Shown in pieces: positions 8,954-17,077 of a stretch of 35,984 bases of DNA. The DNA lies in assembly GCA_014380155.1 (NCBI GenBank), contig JACMKJ010000488.1, forward strand, positions 1 to 35,984, read 5' to 3'. How positions within the stretch are numbered: the first letter of the stretch is position 1; every line of letters begins with the position of its first letter. A program made the translations under genes and the position numbers. This DNA comes from Rhizobacter sp. GTDB taxonomy: Bacteria > Pseudomonadota > Gammaproteobacteria > Burkholderiales > Burkholderiaceae_C. The notes under the pieces are model-generated. The model had not been told where the DNA came from and ran no database searches. It saw nothing but the letters and a program-made list of their open reading frames with translations.

Positions 8954-10021
8954 CTAGCCGGCAGACCCTGCATCGGGCGGGGTCATGTCGGCCGGTTGAG
9001 ACGGGCCTGCGTCTTCACCTTCTGCCACTTCGGTGAGCAACGCCGCCGCACTCATCACCAGCGGAAAGGCCAGCGTGGCGCCGGTGCCGTCGGTGCTCTC
9101 CATGCCCAGCTCCAGCAGGGCCAGCGTCTTGAACAGGCCGAGCGTGGTCGACAAGCCCGGGTGGCCATGGCTGCGGCAGAACACGCAGTAGTCGGTGACG
9201 GTGGGTGCGATGCGCGCCGCGACCATCAGCGCCGCGCAGGCCGGCATGCCGTCGATCATGATCAGACGGCGTTTGCTGGAAGCCACCAGCAACACGCCCA
9301 CCATCATCGCGATCTCGAAACCACCGCAGGCAGCGAGAACCTCGACCGGGTCGCTCAGCTCGCGATGGCGTGCCTGTGCCGCTTGCAACACCATCATCAC
9401 GCGCGTGCCGTCTTCGGGTGTCATGGTGGGCGAGAGCACCAAGTTCTGGATGGGTTCGCCCGAGAGGGCCGACAGCACCAGCGCTGCACTCTCGTGCGAA
9501 CCCAAACCGATGCCGGCGCAGGCGACCAGGTTGCCCACCATCGAGTCGGCGATCTCCATGCCCGCACGGATGGCGGCGTGCGCCTGGTCCAGGGTCATCG
9601 CCATGTTGACCCGCACATTGCGAGAGCCGTGGGCGATCTTGCGGGCCATCAGGCGAGGGTGGGGCGCCACGGTTTCCGCCACACCGCAGTCGACCACGCT
9701 AAGTTCCATGCCCTGGATGCGCGCAAATACCGACACCGGCAGCTGCGAGGTGAGCAGGCTTTGCACCAGGCGGGCGGTGGTCGGCTGGCCGGGGGCGGCG
9801 ACGCCATCGACCGCCAAGCCGTGGTCGGCCGCGAACAAGGCAATCTGTGGCGCCTTGAAGCGCGGTTTGAGCGAGTTCTGAACCAGACCGAGTCGAACGG
9901 CCAACGGTTCCAGTTCGCCGAGCTTGCCCGTCGTTTCACTTCGCCGCTTGAGCTTGTCGCGCAAAGCCCGCTCGAGCAGCGGGTTGGCGGTGGGGGCAAT
10001 GAGTGATCGGCTGACAGGCAT
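8954..10021 (-). CDS. CobT-like (nicotinate-nucleotide:DMB phosphoribosyltransferase family) protein with divergent active site
   Basis: KLGELE, FAADHG, VVDCGV, GGFEIAMMVG, IDG, DGTGA motifs match the CobT fold; several catalytic motifs altered. Confidence 0.85.
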   Translation of the reverse strand: MPVSRSLIAPTANPLLERALRDKLKRRSETTGKLGELEPLAVRLGLVQNSLKPRFKAPQIALFAADHGLAVDGVAAPGQPTTARLVQSLLTSQLPVSVFARIQGMELSVVDCGVAETVAPHPRLMARKIAHGSRNVRVNMAMTLDQAHAAIRAGMEIADSMVGNLVACAGIGLGSHESAALVLSALSGEPIQNLVLSPTMTPEDGTRVMMVLQAAQARHRELSDPVEVLAACGGFEIAMMVGVLLVASSKRRLIMIDGMPACAALMVAARIAPTVTDYCVFCRSHGHPGLSTTLGLFKTLALLELGMESTDGTGATLAFPLVMSAAALLTEVAEGEDAGPSQPADMTPPDAGSAG

Positions 10022-10089
10022 GGGGATGTCGGGAGATCAGGTCTGAAGGGCAACGCACAGCTTAGCGTGCGATTGTGCGGCCGCAGCCA

Positions 10090-11661
10090 TCAGCGCAGAA
10101 ACAGTTGGTACGCAGGGTTGTCGGTTTCGTCGATCCAGGGGTAGGTCAGCCCGGTGAGGAAGTCTTTGAACACCTTCTTGTCGCCTCGCGGCACCTGGAT
10201 GCCCACCAGGATGCGGCCATAGTCCGCGCCCTGGTTGCGGTAGTGGAAGAGGCTGATGTTCCAGCCTGGGTGCATGCTCGACAGGAACTGCATCAGCGCG
10301 CCGGGCCGCTCAGGAAAAACAAAGCGGTAGAGACGCTCGTCGCGGGCCAGTTCGCTGCGCCCACCCACCATGTGGCGCAGGTGCTGCTTGGCGAGCTCGT
10401 CGTGGGTGAGATCGACGGTGGCAAACCCGTGTTTGGCAAAGCTGCGGGTGAGCTTCTCGGACTCGCCGCCGTTGCTCGTGGCCAGCCCCACGAAGACGTG
10501 CGCCTTTTTTTCGTCGGAGATGCGGTAGTTGAACTCGGTGACGCTGCGCGGGCCGATCAGCTCGCAAAAGCGCTTGAAGCTGCCGCGTTCTTCGGGGATG
10601 GTGACGGCGAACACCGCCTCACGTTCTTCACCCACTTCGGCCCGCTCGGCAACGAAGCGCAGGCGGTCGAAGTTCATATTGGCGCCACAGGTGATGGCCA
10701 CCAGCGTCTGGCCCTTGAGCTTGTGTCTTTCGGCGTACTGCTTGATGGCGGCCACACCCATCGCGCCCGAGGGTTCGAGGATGCTGCGGGTGTCCTGGAA
10801 CACGTCCTTGATGGCAGCGCACACGGCGTCGGTGTCGACCACCACGTAGTCGTCGACCAACGCGCGTGTGAGGCGGAAAGTTTCTTCGCCCACCAGCTTG
10901 ACGGCAGTGCCATCGGCAAACAGGCCGACGTGGTTGAGTTGCACCCGTTTGCCTGCCTTGACCGAGCGCAGCATGGCGTCGGAATCGGTGGTCTGCACGC
11001 CGATGACCTTGATCTCTGGGCGAACCGACTTGATGTAGGCCGCCACACCCGAGATCAGACCACCGCCGCCGATGGCGACGAACACGGCGTCGATCGGAGC
11101 CTGGTGCTGGCGGAGGATTTCAACAGCGATGGTGCCCTGGCCAGCGATGACCTCGGGGTCGTCAAACGGGTGCACGAAGGTGAGGCCGTGTTTGCGTTCA
11201 AGTTCGAGCGCGTGGACATACGCATCGGAATAACTCTCGCCGAACAGCACCACCTCGCCGCCCAGCGCGCGCACCGCATCTACCTTCAGCTTGGGCGTGG
11301 TGACCGGCATCACGATCATGGCTTTGCAGCCGAGGCGGTGCGCACCCAGGGCCACGCCTTGGGCGTGGTTGCCAGCCGAGGCGCAGATCACACCGCGCTT
11401 CAGCTGGGCGGCACTCAGCCCCGACATCTTGTTGTAAGCGCCGCGCAGCTTGAAGCTGAACACCGGCTGGGTGTCTTCGCGCTTGAGCCAGACCTGGTTG
11501 CCGACGCGCTTGGACAGGTTCTTGGCCAGTTCCAGCGGCGATTCGATAGCGACGTCGTACACACGGGCCGTCAGGATCTTTTGCAGGTAGCTCGCGAGCC
11601 CAAGTTCATCACCCGATGCCTTGGCACGGCGAAGCTTGGCGGGGCGAACGGGGCCGGTCAT
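10090..11661 (-). CDS. ilvA: Biosynthetic threonine ammonia-lyase
   Basis: KREDTQPVFSFKLRGAYN PLP-lysine motif, SAGNHAQG, C-terminal ACT-like domains (FPERPGAL); ATG 11661 preceded by AGGAGA. Confidence 0.97.
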   Translation of the reverse strand: MTGPVRPAKLRRAKASGDELGLASYLQKILTARVYDVAIESPLELAKNLSKRVGNQVWLKREDTQPVFSFKLRGAYNKMSGLSAAQLKRGVICASAGNHAQGVALGAHRLGCKAMIVMPVTTPKLKVDAVRALGGEVVLFGESYSDAYVHALELERKHGLTFVHPFDDPEVIAGQGTIAVEILRQHQAPIDAVFVAIGGGGLISGVAAYIKSVRPEIKVIGVQTTDSDAMLRSVKAGKRVQLNHVGLFADGTAVKLVGEETFRLTRALVDDYVVVDTDAVCAAIKDVFQDTRSILEPSGAMGVAAIKQYAERHKLKGQTLVAITCGANMNFDRLRFVAERAEVGEEREAVFAVTIPEERGSFKRFCELIGPRSVTEFNYRISDEKKAHVFVGLATSNGGESEKLTRSFAKHGFATVDLTHDELAKQHLRHMVGGRSELARDERLYRFVFPERPGALMQFLSSMHPGWNISLFHYRNQGADYGRILVGIQVPRGDKKVFKDFLTGLTYPWIDETDNPAYQLFLR

Positions 11662-11695
11662 GGAGTCTCCTGTGCTGGTGGCTTTGGGGCGCCGG

Positions 11696-11701
11696 ATCAT
11701 A
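11696..11701 (-). promoter_or_regulatory. Putative -10 (TATGAT) of ilvA
   Basis: TATGAT downstream of the sRNA terminator, about 35 nt upstream of the ilvA ATG. Confidence 0.5.
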
Positions 11702-11721
11702 CGGCGGAGCATTCGGCCCAG

Positions 11722-11752
11722 AAAAAAACCCAAGGCATTGCTGCCTTGGGTT
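11722..11752 (-). terminator. Rho-independent terminator of the sRNA
   Basis: 11-bp stem AACCCAAGGCA/TGCCTTGGGTT with 4-nt loop, followed by a U-tract on the minus strand. Confidence 0.88.
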
Positions 11753-11825
11753 GAATCCACCAATAGAGGAGGTGGAGGAGACAAACGGTTGGCGCGGAGC
11801 AGCTAAAAACTCGATCAACGCCAAT
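11722..11825 (-). ncRNA. Betaproteobacterial double-hairpin anti-SD small RNA (resembles the 'Betaproteobacteria toxic sRNA'/Burkholderia ncS family)
   Basis: Minus strand reads UGUCUCCUCCACC-UCCUCUAUU-GGUGGA-UUC-AACCCAAGGCA-GCAA-UGCCUUGGGUU-UUUUU; upstream promoter TTGCGG-17bp-TACACT; 5' UUGGCG/CGCCAA hairpin. Confidence 0.8.
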
Positions 11826-11831
11826 GTGGAG

Positions 11832-11860
11832 AGTGTAACCGGGCTCATGTTGCGCCGCAA
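11832..11860 (-). promoter_or_regulatory. Sigma70-type promoter of the sRNA with palindromic operator TTGCG-C-CGCAA over the -35
   Basis: -35 TTGCGG (11860-11855), 17-bp spacer, -10 TACACT (11837-11832); palindrome 11850-11860. Confidence 0.65.
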
Positions 11861-11953
11861 TAAATTTCCCGCATATGCAAACGCGAAACATTGCCTTTTT
11901 AGGGGGAAGCACAATCACCGTTTTGGTGACTACTTCAGCAGCCGGAGCTTTTG

Positions 11954-12376
11954 ATGGAATGCACGATCAATTGGGTGGCAGCGAGTGGCATGGCGTTCAT
12001 GGCCGAAACCGGCAGCGGCCATGTGCTGATGATGGACGGTGCACCCGACGGCGGTGGCCGCAATCTCGCGCCACGCCCCATGGAAACCGTGCTGGCCGGC
12101 ACAGGCGCTTGCACGGCGTACGACGTGGTGCTGATCCTCAAGCGTGGCCGCCATGCGGTGACGGGCTGCCAGGTGAAAGTGACTTCTGAACGCGCGGCCA
12201 CCGACCCGAAGGTGTTCACACGAATCAACATGCACTTCATCGTCACCGGCAAGGCATTGCCCGAGGCGGCCGTGGAACGCGCCATCCAGATGTCGCACGA
12301 GAAGTACTGCTCGGCCAGCATCATGCTGGCCAAAACCGCGGAGATCACCACCAGCCACGAGCTCGTGGAGGCTTAG
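11954..12376 (+). CDS. OsmC/Ohr-like family protein (YhfA-type)
   Basis: RPMETVLAGTGACTAYDV and SHEKYCSASIML two-Cys motifs; GGAG RBS before ATG 11954. Confidence 0.92.
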   Translation: MECTINWVAASGMAFMAETGSGHVLMMDGAPDGGGRNLAPRPMETVLAGTGACTAYDVVLILKRGRHAVTGCQVKVTSERAATDPKVFTRINMHFIVTGKALPEAAVERAIQMSHEKYCSASIMLAKTAEITTSHELVEA

Positions 12377-12386
12377 AAAACCGCGC

Positions 12387-13043
12387 TCACAAGTGGTGCG
12401 CGGTGGTCGTCATGACCTTGGCGGCGGCGCGCATGGCCCAGCGCACCGGTGCAGGCAAGGCCGAGGCGCCCGCCTCCCGTGCTTGTGCGCCATGGCGTGC
12501 TTCGTCTTCCTTCATCTGCTGCACGATGGCTCGCGACGCGAGGTCGTTGGCGGGCAACCGATCCAGGTGTGACGCGAGGTGGTGTTCGACCTGCGCTTCG
12601 GTCTCGACCACGAAACCCAGGCTGACCTTGTCGCCGACCCGCCCCGCCAGCCAGCCGATGCCAAACGCACCGGCGTACCAGAGCGGGTTCAGCAAGCTCG
12701 GGCGAGCGTTGAGCTCACGCAAACGCTGGTGTGTCCAGGCGAGGTGGTCGGTTTCTTCGCGCGCGGCATGGTGAAAGCTCTCACGCAAGACAGGGTCTCG
12801 GGTGGCAAGCAACTGCGCGTTGTAAAGGGCTTGCGCACAGACCTCACCGACATGGTTCACGCGCATCAATGAAGCAGACAAGCTCGCTTCTTGCGCACCC
12901 AGTGGTTCTTGCTTCACCGCCGGCTGAGGGCGTGGCCGCGAAGCAGTGTTTGCACCCGCCAACGTGCGCAACGCGTTGTCTGCGGCGCTCAGCCAATCGT
13001 CCAGGGCGGAATGACCTTGTTGGTTGAGCTGACGCATGTTCAT
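12387..13043 (-). CDS. coq7: Demethoxyubiquinone hydroxylase Coq7 (di-iron)
   Basis: [37 protein letters not shown] di-iron motifs. Confidence 0.95.
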   Translation of the reverse strand: MNMRQLNQQGHSALDDWLSAADNALRTLAGANTASRPRPQPAVKQEPLGAQEASLSASLMRVNHVGEVCAQALYNAQLLATRDPVLRESFHHAAREETDHLAWTHQRLRELNARPSLLNPLWYAGAFGIGWLAGRVGDKVSLGFVVETEAQVEHHLASHLDRLPANDLASRAIVQQMKEDEARHGAQAREAGASALPAPVRWAMRAAAKVMTTTAHHL

Positions 13044-13183
13044 TCCCCCGAGATTACCCTAGGTGAAAGGCCTTTTTTTCGGCCTTTTTTTGATGTGGAT
13101 TCATGGGTAATTCCGAAGCTTGTAGGCTCAAATTTTTCTCGTTGTTCATTGACAACAAACGGCTTCATTCACTCGGTGAACCT

Positions 13184-13212
13184 TTGCAAGCCCCACGGCC
13201 CTCTGGTGCAAT
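13184..13212 (+). promoter_or_regulatory. Putative porin promoter
   Basis: TTGCAA (13184-13189), 17 bp, extended -10 TGnTGCAAT (13204-13212). Confidence 0.55.
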
Positions 13213-13301
13213 ACGGCAACTTCCGCTGAGGAGTTCGGCCCGGCTTCCCCGAAGGGCGGGAAATGACCGGGACCTCTTGTTCAACCTAGGAGATAGTCGC
13301 A

Positions 13302-14369
13302 ATGAAAAAATCTCTTCTCGCTCTCGCTGTACTGGGCGCATTCGCTGGTGTCGCATCTGCTCAATCGTCGGTGACCATCTATGGCGTGCTCGACCAGAGC
13401 ATCGCCAAACGCAATGATTGCAGCCCTTGCGCCATTAATCCTGGTGCCCCTGGTAACGACGCTTGGACGTTGCAGCAGTCGACGACCTCCCGCCTCGGCT
13501 TCCGTGGCAATGAGGATATGGGCGGTGGCCTTTCTGCACAGTTCACAATCGAACATCGCTTTAACCCGGACACCGGCGCGCAAAACCAGACGCCGTTCTG
13601 GAACGGTCGTAGCTTCGTGCAGTTGACCAGCGCGGCAGCTGGCTCCGTGTACTTGGGCCGGGATTACACACCGGCTTTCTGGGTGCAGCTGAAGTCTGAT
13701 CCGTTCGGCAACGACGGTGTGGGCCAGAGCGGCACGGGCATCTTGTGGGCGGGCTACTTCACGCCGGACCAGGCTTCTGGCGTGACCACCGTGCCACAGG
13801 CAGCCTGGCCAGGCGGCGGAAGTGCCCGCTCGTCTAACACCGTCGGCTACAAAACGCCGAACCTGTCTGGCTTCACTGCACAGGCTGCAGTCAGCCTGTC
13901 TGAGTCAACCGGGCAAGGGCGCGGCGTGGGCTTGAATGCAGAGTACTCTGCAGGGCCGTTGTATGCCGGCTTCGGCTACGAACGTGTCACCGATGGGGCG
14001 TCCGATGGTCGTGGGGTGGCAAACCTCGCGGTGCACTACAACCTCGGCTTCATCAAGCCAATGATTTACTTCGGCAAGTCTAAGGTTGGTGCGGGCGGAA
14101 ACCTGAGCAATAAGGTGGTTCTGCTCTCGGCATCGGCACCTGTGGGCGCCGGAGTGGTGAAGTTCGGTGTGTCGCGCATCACGCTGGATCTACCTTCCAC
14201 CGCTGCTGAAGACACCCACACCAAGCTTGGTCTGGGCTACAACCACTTCCTCAGCAAGCGCACAAACCTGTACTTCGACATGGGCAGCGCCACTGGGGCT
14301 GCAAATGGCGCTGGCGTGAAGGGCGAGCGGAGCACAGCCTTCGCACTTGGCGTGCGCCACACGTTCTAA
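13302..14369 (+). CDS. General trimeric outer-membrane porin (betaproteobacterial Omp32/Gram-negative porin family)
   Basis: MKKSLLALAVLGAFAGVASAQSSVTIYG, SRLGFRGNEDMGGGL, YNHFLSKRTNLY, C-terminal GVRHTF; strong AGGAG RBS. Confidence 0.95.
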   Translation: MKKSLLALAVLGAFAGVASAQSSVTIYGVLDQSIAKRNDCSPCAINPGAPGNDAWTLQQSTTSRLGFRGNEDMGGGLSAQFTIEHRFNPDTGAQNQTPFWNGRSFVQLTSAAAGSVYLGRDYTPAFWVQLKSDPFGNDGVGQSGTGILWAGYFTPDQASGVTTVPQAAWPGGGSARSSNTVGYKTPNLSGFTAQAAVSLSESTGQGRGVGLNAEYSAGPLYAGFGYERVTDGASDGRGVANLAVHYNLGFIKPMIYFGKSKVGAGGNLSNKVVLLSASAPVGAGVVKFGVSRITLDLPSTAAEDTHTKLGLGYNHFLSKRTNLYFDMGSATGAANGAGVKGERSTAFALGVRHTF

Positions 14370-14413
14370 TCCATGGTTCGACTTGCGCAAGCGTGAGTCG
14401 ACGGATTTAGATT

Positions 14414-14436
14414 GGCCGCCTTCGGGCGGCCTTTTT
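14414..14436 (+). terminator. Rho-independent terminator after porin
   Basis: GGCCGCC-TTCG-GGCGGCC-TTTTT. Confidence 0.9.
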
Positions 14437-14485
14437 CATGGCCTTTGCGGTAACTGCTCAAGATCGTTGTACAACAGCGCTCCAG

Positions 14486-15469
14486 ATGCTTGCCTTCATT
14501 CTTCGCCGCCTGATCCAAGCTGTTGCCGTGATGTTGGCGGTGGCCTTCATCGCCTTCATGCTGTTCCAGTATGTTGGTGACCCGGTCACCAACCTGCTGG
14601 GGCAAGACGCCACGCCCGCGCAGCGTGAACAACTGCGTTCCGACCTGGGGCTGGACAAGCCGTTCCCGGTTCAGTTCGCACGCTTTGTTGGCAATGCCTT
14701 GCAGGGTGAGTTTGGTTTGAGTCTGCGGCAGGGCCGCAAGGTCTCGTCACTGTTTGTCGAGCGCTTTCCGGCGACGCTGGAGTTGTCGCTGGTCGCGGCA
14801 CTCCTCGCGTTGCTGCTGGGCATTCCCATGGGCGTGTACGCCGCCTTGCGGCGGGGCAGCTTCATGTCTCAGGTGTTGATGACGCTGTCGTTGCTCGGTG
14901 TTTCGTTGCCCACTTTCCTGATCGGGATCTTGTTGATCCTGGTGTTTGCGGTGTTGCTGCAGTGGTTGCCCAGTTTCGGGCGCGGTGAGTTGGTCGCACT
15001 GGGCGGCTGGAACACCGGTTTCCTCAGTCTGGATGGCTGGAAGCACCTGATCCTGCCTGCCACCACACTGGCGATCTTTCAGCTCACGCTCATCATGCGG
15101 CTGGTGCGTGCCGAGATGCTGGAGGTCTTGCGCACCGATTTCATCCGATTCGCGCGCGCCCGAGGTTTGCCCAATCGCGTGGTCTATTTCGGCCACGCAC
15201 TGAAGAACACCCTGGTGCCGGTCATCACCATCACCGGGCTGCAACTGGGCTCGCTGATTGCTTTCTCCATCATCACCGAGCAGGTGTTCCAGTGGCCGGG
15301 TATGGGGCTGCTGTTCATCCAGGCGGTCACGTTTGCCGACATCCCGGTGATGGCGGCCTACCTGTGCGTGATCGCGCTCGTGTTCGTGACGATCAATCTT
15401 GTTGTTGACTTGCTGTACTTCGCGGTAGACCCCCGCTTGCGCGCCGAGCCGGCGGGCAAGGCGCATTGA
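14486..15469 (+). CDS. Peptide/nickel ABC transporter permease (DppB-like)
   Basis: MLAFILRRLIQ, LGLDKP, ERFPATLELS, EAA loop FIRFARARGL; start at ATG 14486. Confidence 0.93.
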   Translation: MLAFILRRLIQAVAVMLAVAFIAFMLFQYVGDPVTNLLGQDATPAQREQLRSDLGLDKPFPVQFARFVGNALQGEFGLSLRQGRKVSSLFVERFPATLELSLVAALLALLLGIPMGVYAALRRGSFMSQVLMTLSLLGVSLPTFLIGILLILVFAVLLQWLPSFGRGELVALGGWNTGFLSLDGWKHLILPATTLAIFQLTLIMRLVRAEMLEVLRTDFIRFARARGLPNRVVYFGHALKNTLVPVITITGLQLGSLIAFSIITEQVFQWPGMGLLFIQAVTFADIPVMAAYLCVIALVFVTINLVVDLLYFAVDPRLRAEPAGKAH

Positions 15470-15496
15470 CATCTCAATTCCCACAAGGAGAAGACG

Positions 15497-17077
15497 ATGA
15501 AGCTGAAATCTCTTTTATCGGCGCTGGCCCTTGGCCTGCTCACTGGTTTGAGCCACGCGGTGACGCTCAAGGTGGCCAACCAGGGCGATGCGCAGTCGAT
15601 GGACCCACACTCGCTGAACGAGTCCCTGCAGCTCACCTTCACCAACAACATCTATGAGCCGCTGATTGCACGCGACAAGCAGCTCGGGCTTGCACCCGGC
15701 CTGGCCACCAAATGGACGCAGACCCAACCCACCGTGTGGCGCTTCGAGTTGCGCAAGGGCGTGAATTTCCATGACGGCACACCCTTCACGGCCGATGACG
15801 TGGTCTTCTCGTTTGGCCGCGCGGCAGGCACGGGTTCTGACATGCAGGGCTACACCACCTCGTTCAAGGAAGTGCGCAAGGTCGACGCGCACATCGTCGA
15901 AATCGAGACGCTCATGCCCTTCCCAATCCTTCCGGACGTGCTGACCCAGGTCTACATGATGAGCAGGAAGTGGTGCGACGAGAACAAGGCCACCAACCCT
16001 GTCGATCGCCGCAAGGGCATCGAGAACGCCGCCAGCTTCAGGGCCAACGGCACGGGACCATATCGCTTGAAGGAGCGTCAGCCGTCGGCCCGCACCGTGC
16101 TTGTTCGCAACGGCACCTACTGGGGCAAGGTCGAAGGCAATGTCACCGAAGTGATCTTCACGCCGATCGGTAACGCCGCCACGCGGGTGGCCGCCTTGCT
16201 GTCGGGCGAGATCGACCTGATGGAGCCGGTGCCCTTGCAGGACGTCGAGCGCATCAAGGCCTCGCCCACGCTGAAGGTGATGCAAGGGCCTGAGCTGCGC
16301 ACCATCTTTCTTGGCATGGACCAGAAGCGCGACGAGCTGCTGTTCTCCAACATCAAAGGCAAGAACCCGTTCAAGGACAAGCGTGTGCGCCAGGCCCTCT
16401 ACCAGGCCATCGACATCGAGACCATCAAGACGCGTGTGATGCGGGGTGCTTCGCTGCCCACTGCCCTGATGGTCGGCCCCGGCATTCGCGGTTTCTCGAT
16501 CGAGCAGAACAAACGCCTGCCGTATGACGTGGAGGCGGCCAAGAAACTGATGGCCGACGCCGGCTACGCGAGCGGCTTCGAGGTCGGCATGAACTGCCCC
16601 AACGACCGCTACGTGAACGACGCCGACATTTGCCAGGCGGTGGCTGCCAACCTCGCGCGCATCGGCGTGAAGGTGAACCTGCAGACCGAGACCAAGGTCA
16701 CCTACTTCCCCAAGATCCTGCGCCGCGACACCAGTTTGTACTTGCTTGGTTGGACGCCCAGCACCTATGACGCACACAACGCGCTGGCCGCCTTGATCGC
16801 CACGCCCACCGACAAGGGCCAGGGCCAGTTCAACCTGGGTGCCTACAGCAACCCCAAGGTGGATGAACTCACGCTCAAGATCCAGAGCGAAACCGACCAG
16901 GCCAAGCGCAACGCCATGATCAAGGAAGCGTTCGACCTGCACAGCGCCGATGTGGGGCACCTGCCGCTGCACCAGCAGTCGCTGGCCTGGGCGATGAAGA
17001 AGACCGTCGCGCTCACGCAGTTGGCCGACAACACCATGCCTTATCGATGGGTGACGGTGAACGAGCGAGCCAAGTGA
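15497..17077 (+). CDS. Peptide/nickel ABC transporter substrate-binding protein (family 5, DppA-like)
   Basis: Signal peptide; FELRKGVNFHDGTPFTADDVVFS, NGTGPY, NPFKDKRVRQAL motifs. Confidence 0.95.
   Translation: MKLKSLLSALALGLLTGLSHAVTLKVANQGDAQSMDPHSLNESLQLTFTNNIYEPLIARDKQLGLAPGLATKWTQTQPTVWRFELRKGVNFHDGTPFTADDVVFSFGRAAGTGSDMQGYTTSFKEVRKVDAHIVEIETLMPFPILPDVLTQVYMMSRKWCDENKATNPVDRRKGIENAASFRANGTGPYRLKERQPSARTVLVRNGTYWGKVEGNVTEVIFTPIGNAATRVAALLSGEIDLMEPVPLQDVERIKASPTLKVMQGPELRTIFLGMDQKRDELLFSNIKGKNPFKDKRVRQALYQAIDIETIKTRVMRGASLPTALMVGPGIRGFSIEQNKRLPYDVEAAKKLMADAGYASGFEVGMNCPNDRYVNDADICQAVAANLARIGVKVNLQTETKVTYFPKILRRDTSLYLLGWTPSTYDAHNALAALIATPTDKGQGQFNLGAYSNPKVDELTLKIQSETDQAKRNAMIKEAFDLHSADVGHLPLHQQSLAWAMKKTVALTQLADNTMPYRWVTVNERAK

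Noticed and set aside
10075-11754. 559-aa + strand ORF
   Set aside because: Antisense shadow of ilvA caused by GC-rich codon bias; no recognisable motifs
11662-11850. Possible ilvA attenuator/leader peptide or N-terminal extension to 11784
   Set aside because: No short Ile/Leu/Val/Thr-rich leader ending before the hairpin; the terminator is explained by the sRNA, and ilvA has its own -10 and RBS downstream of it
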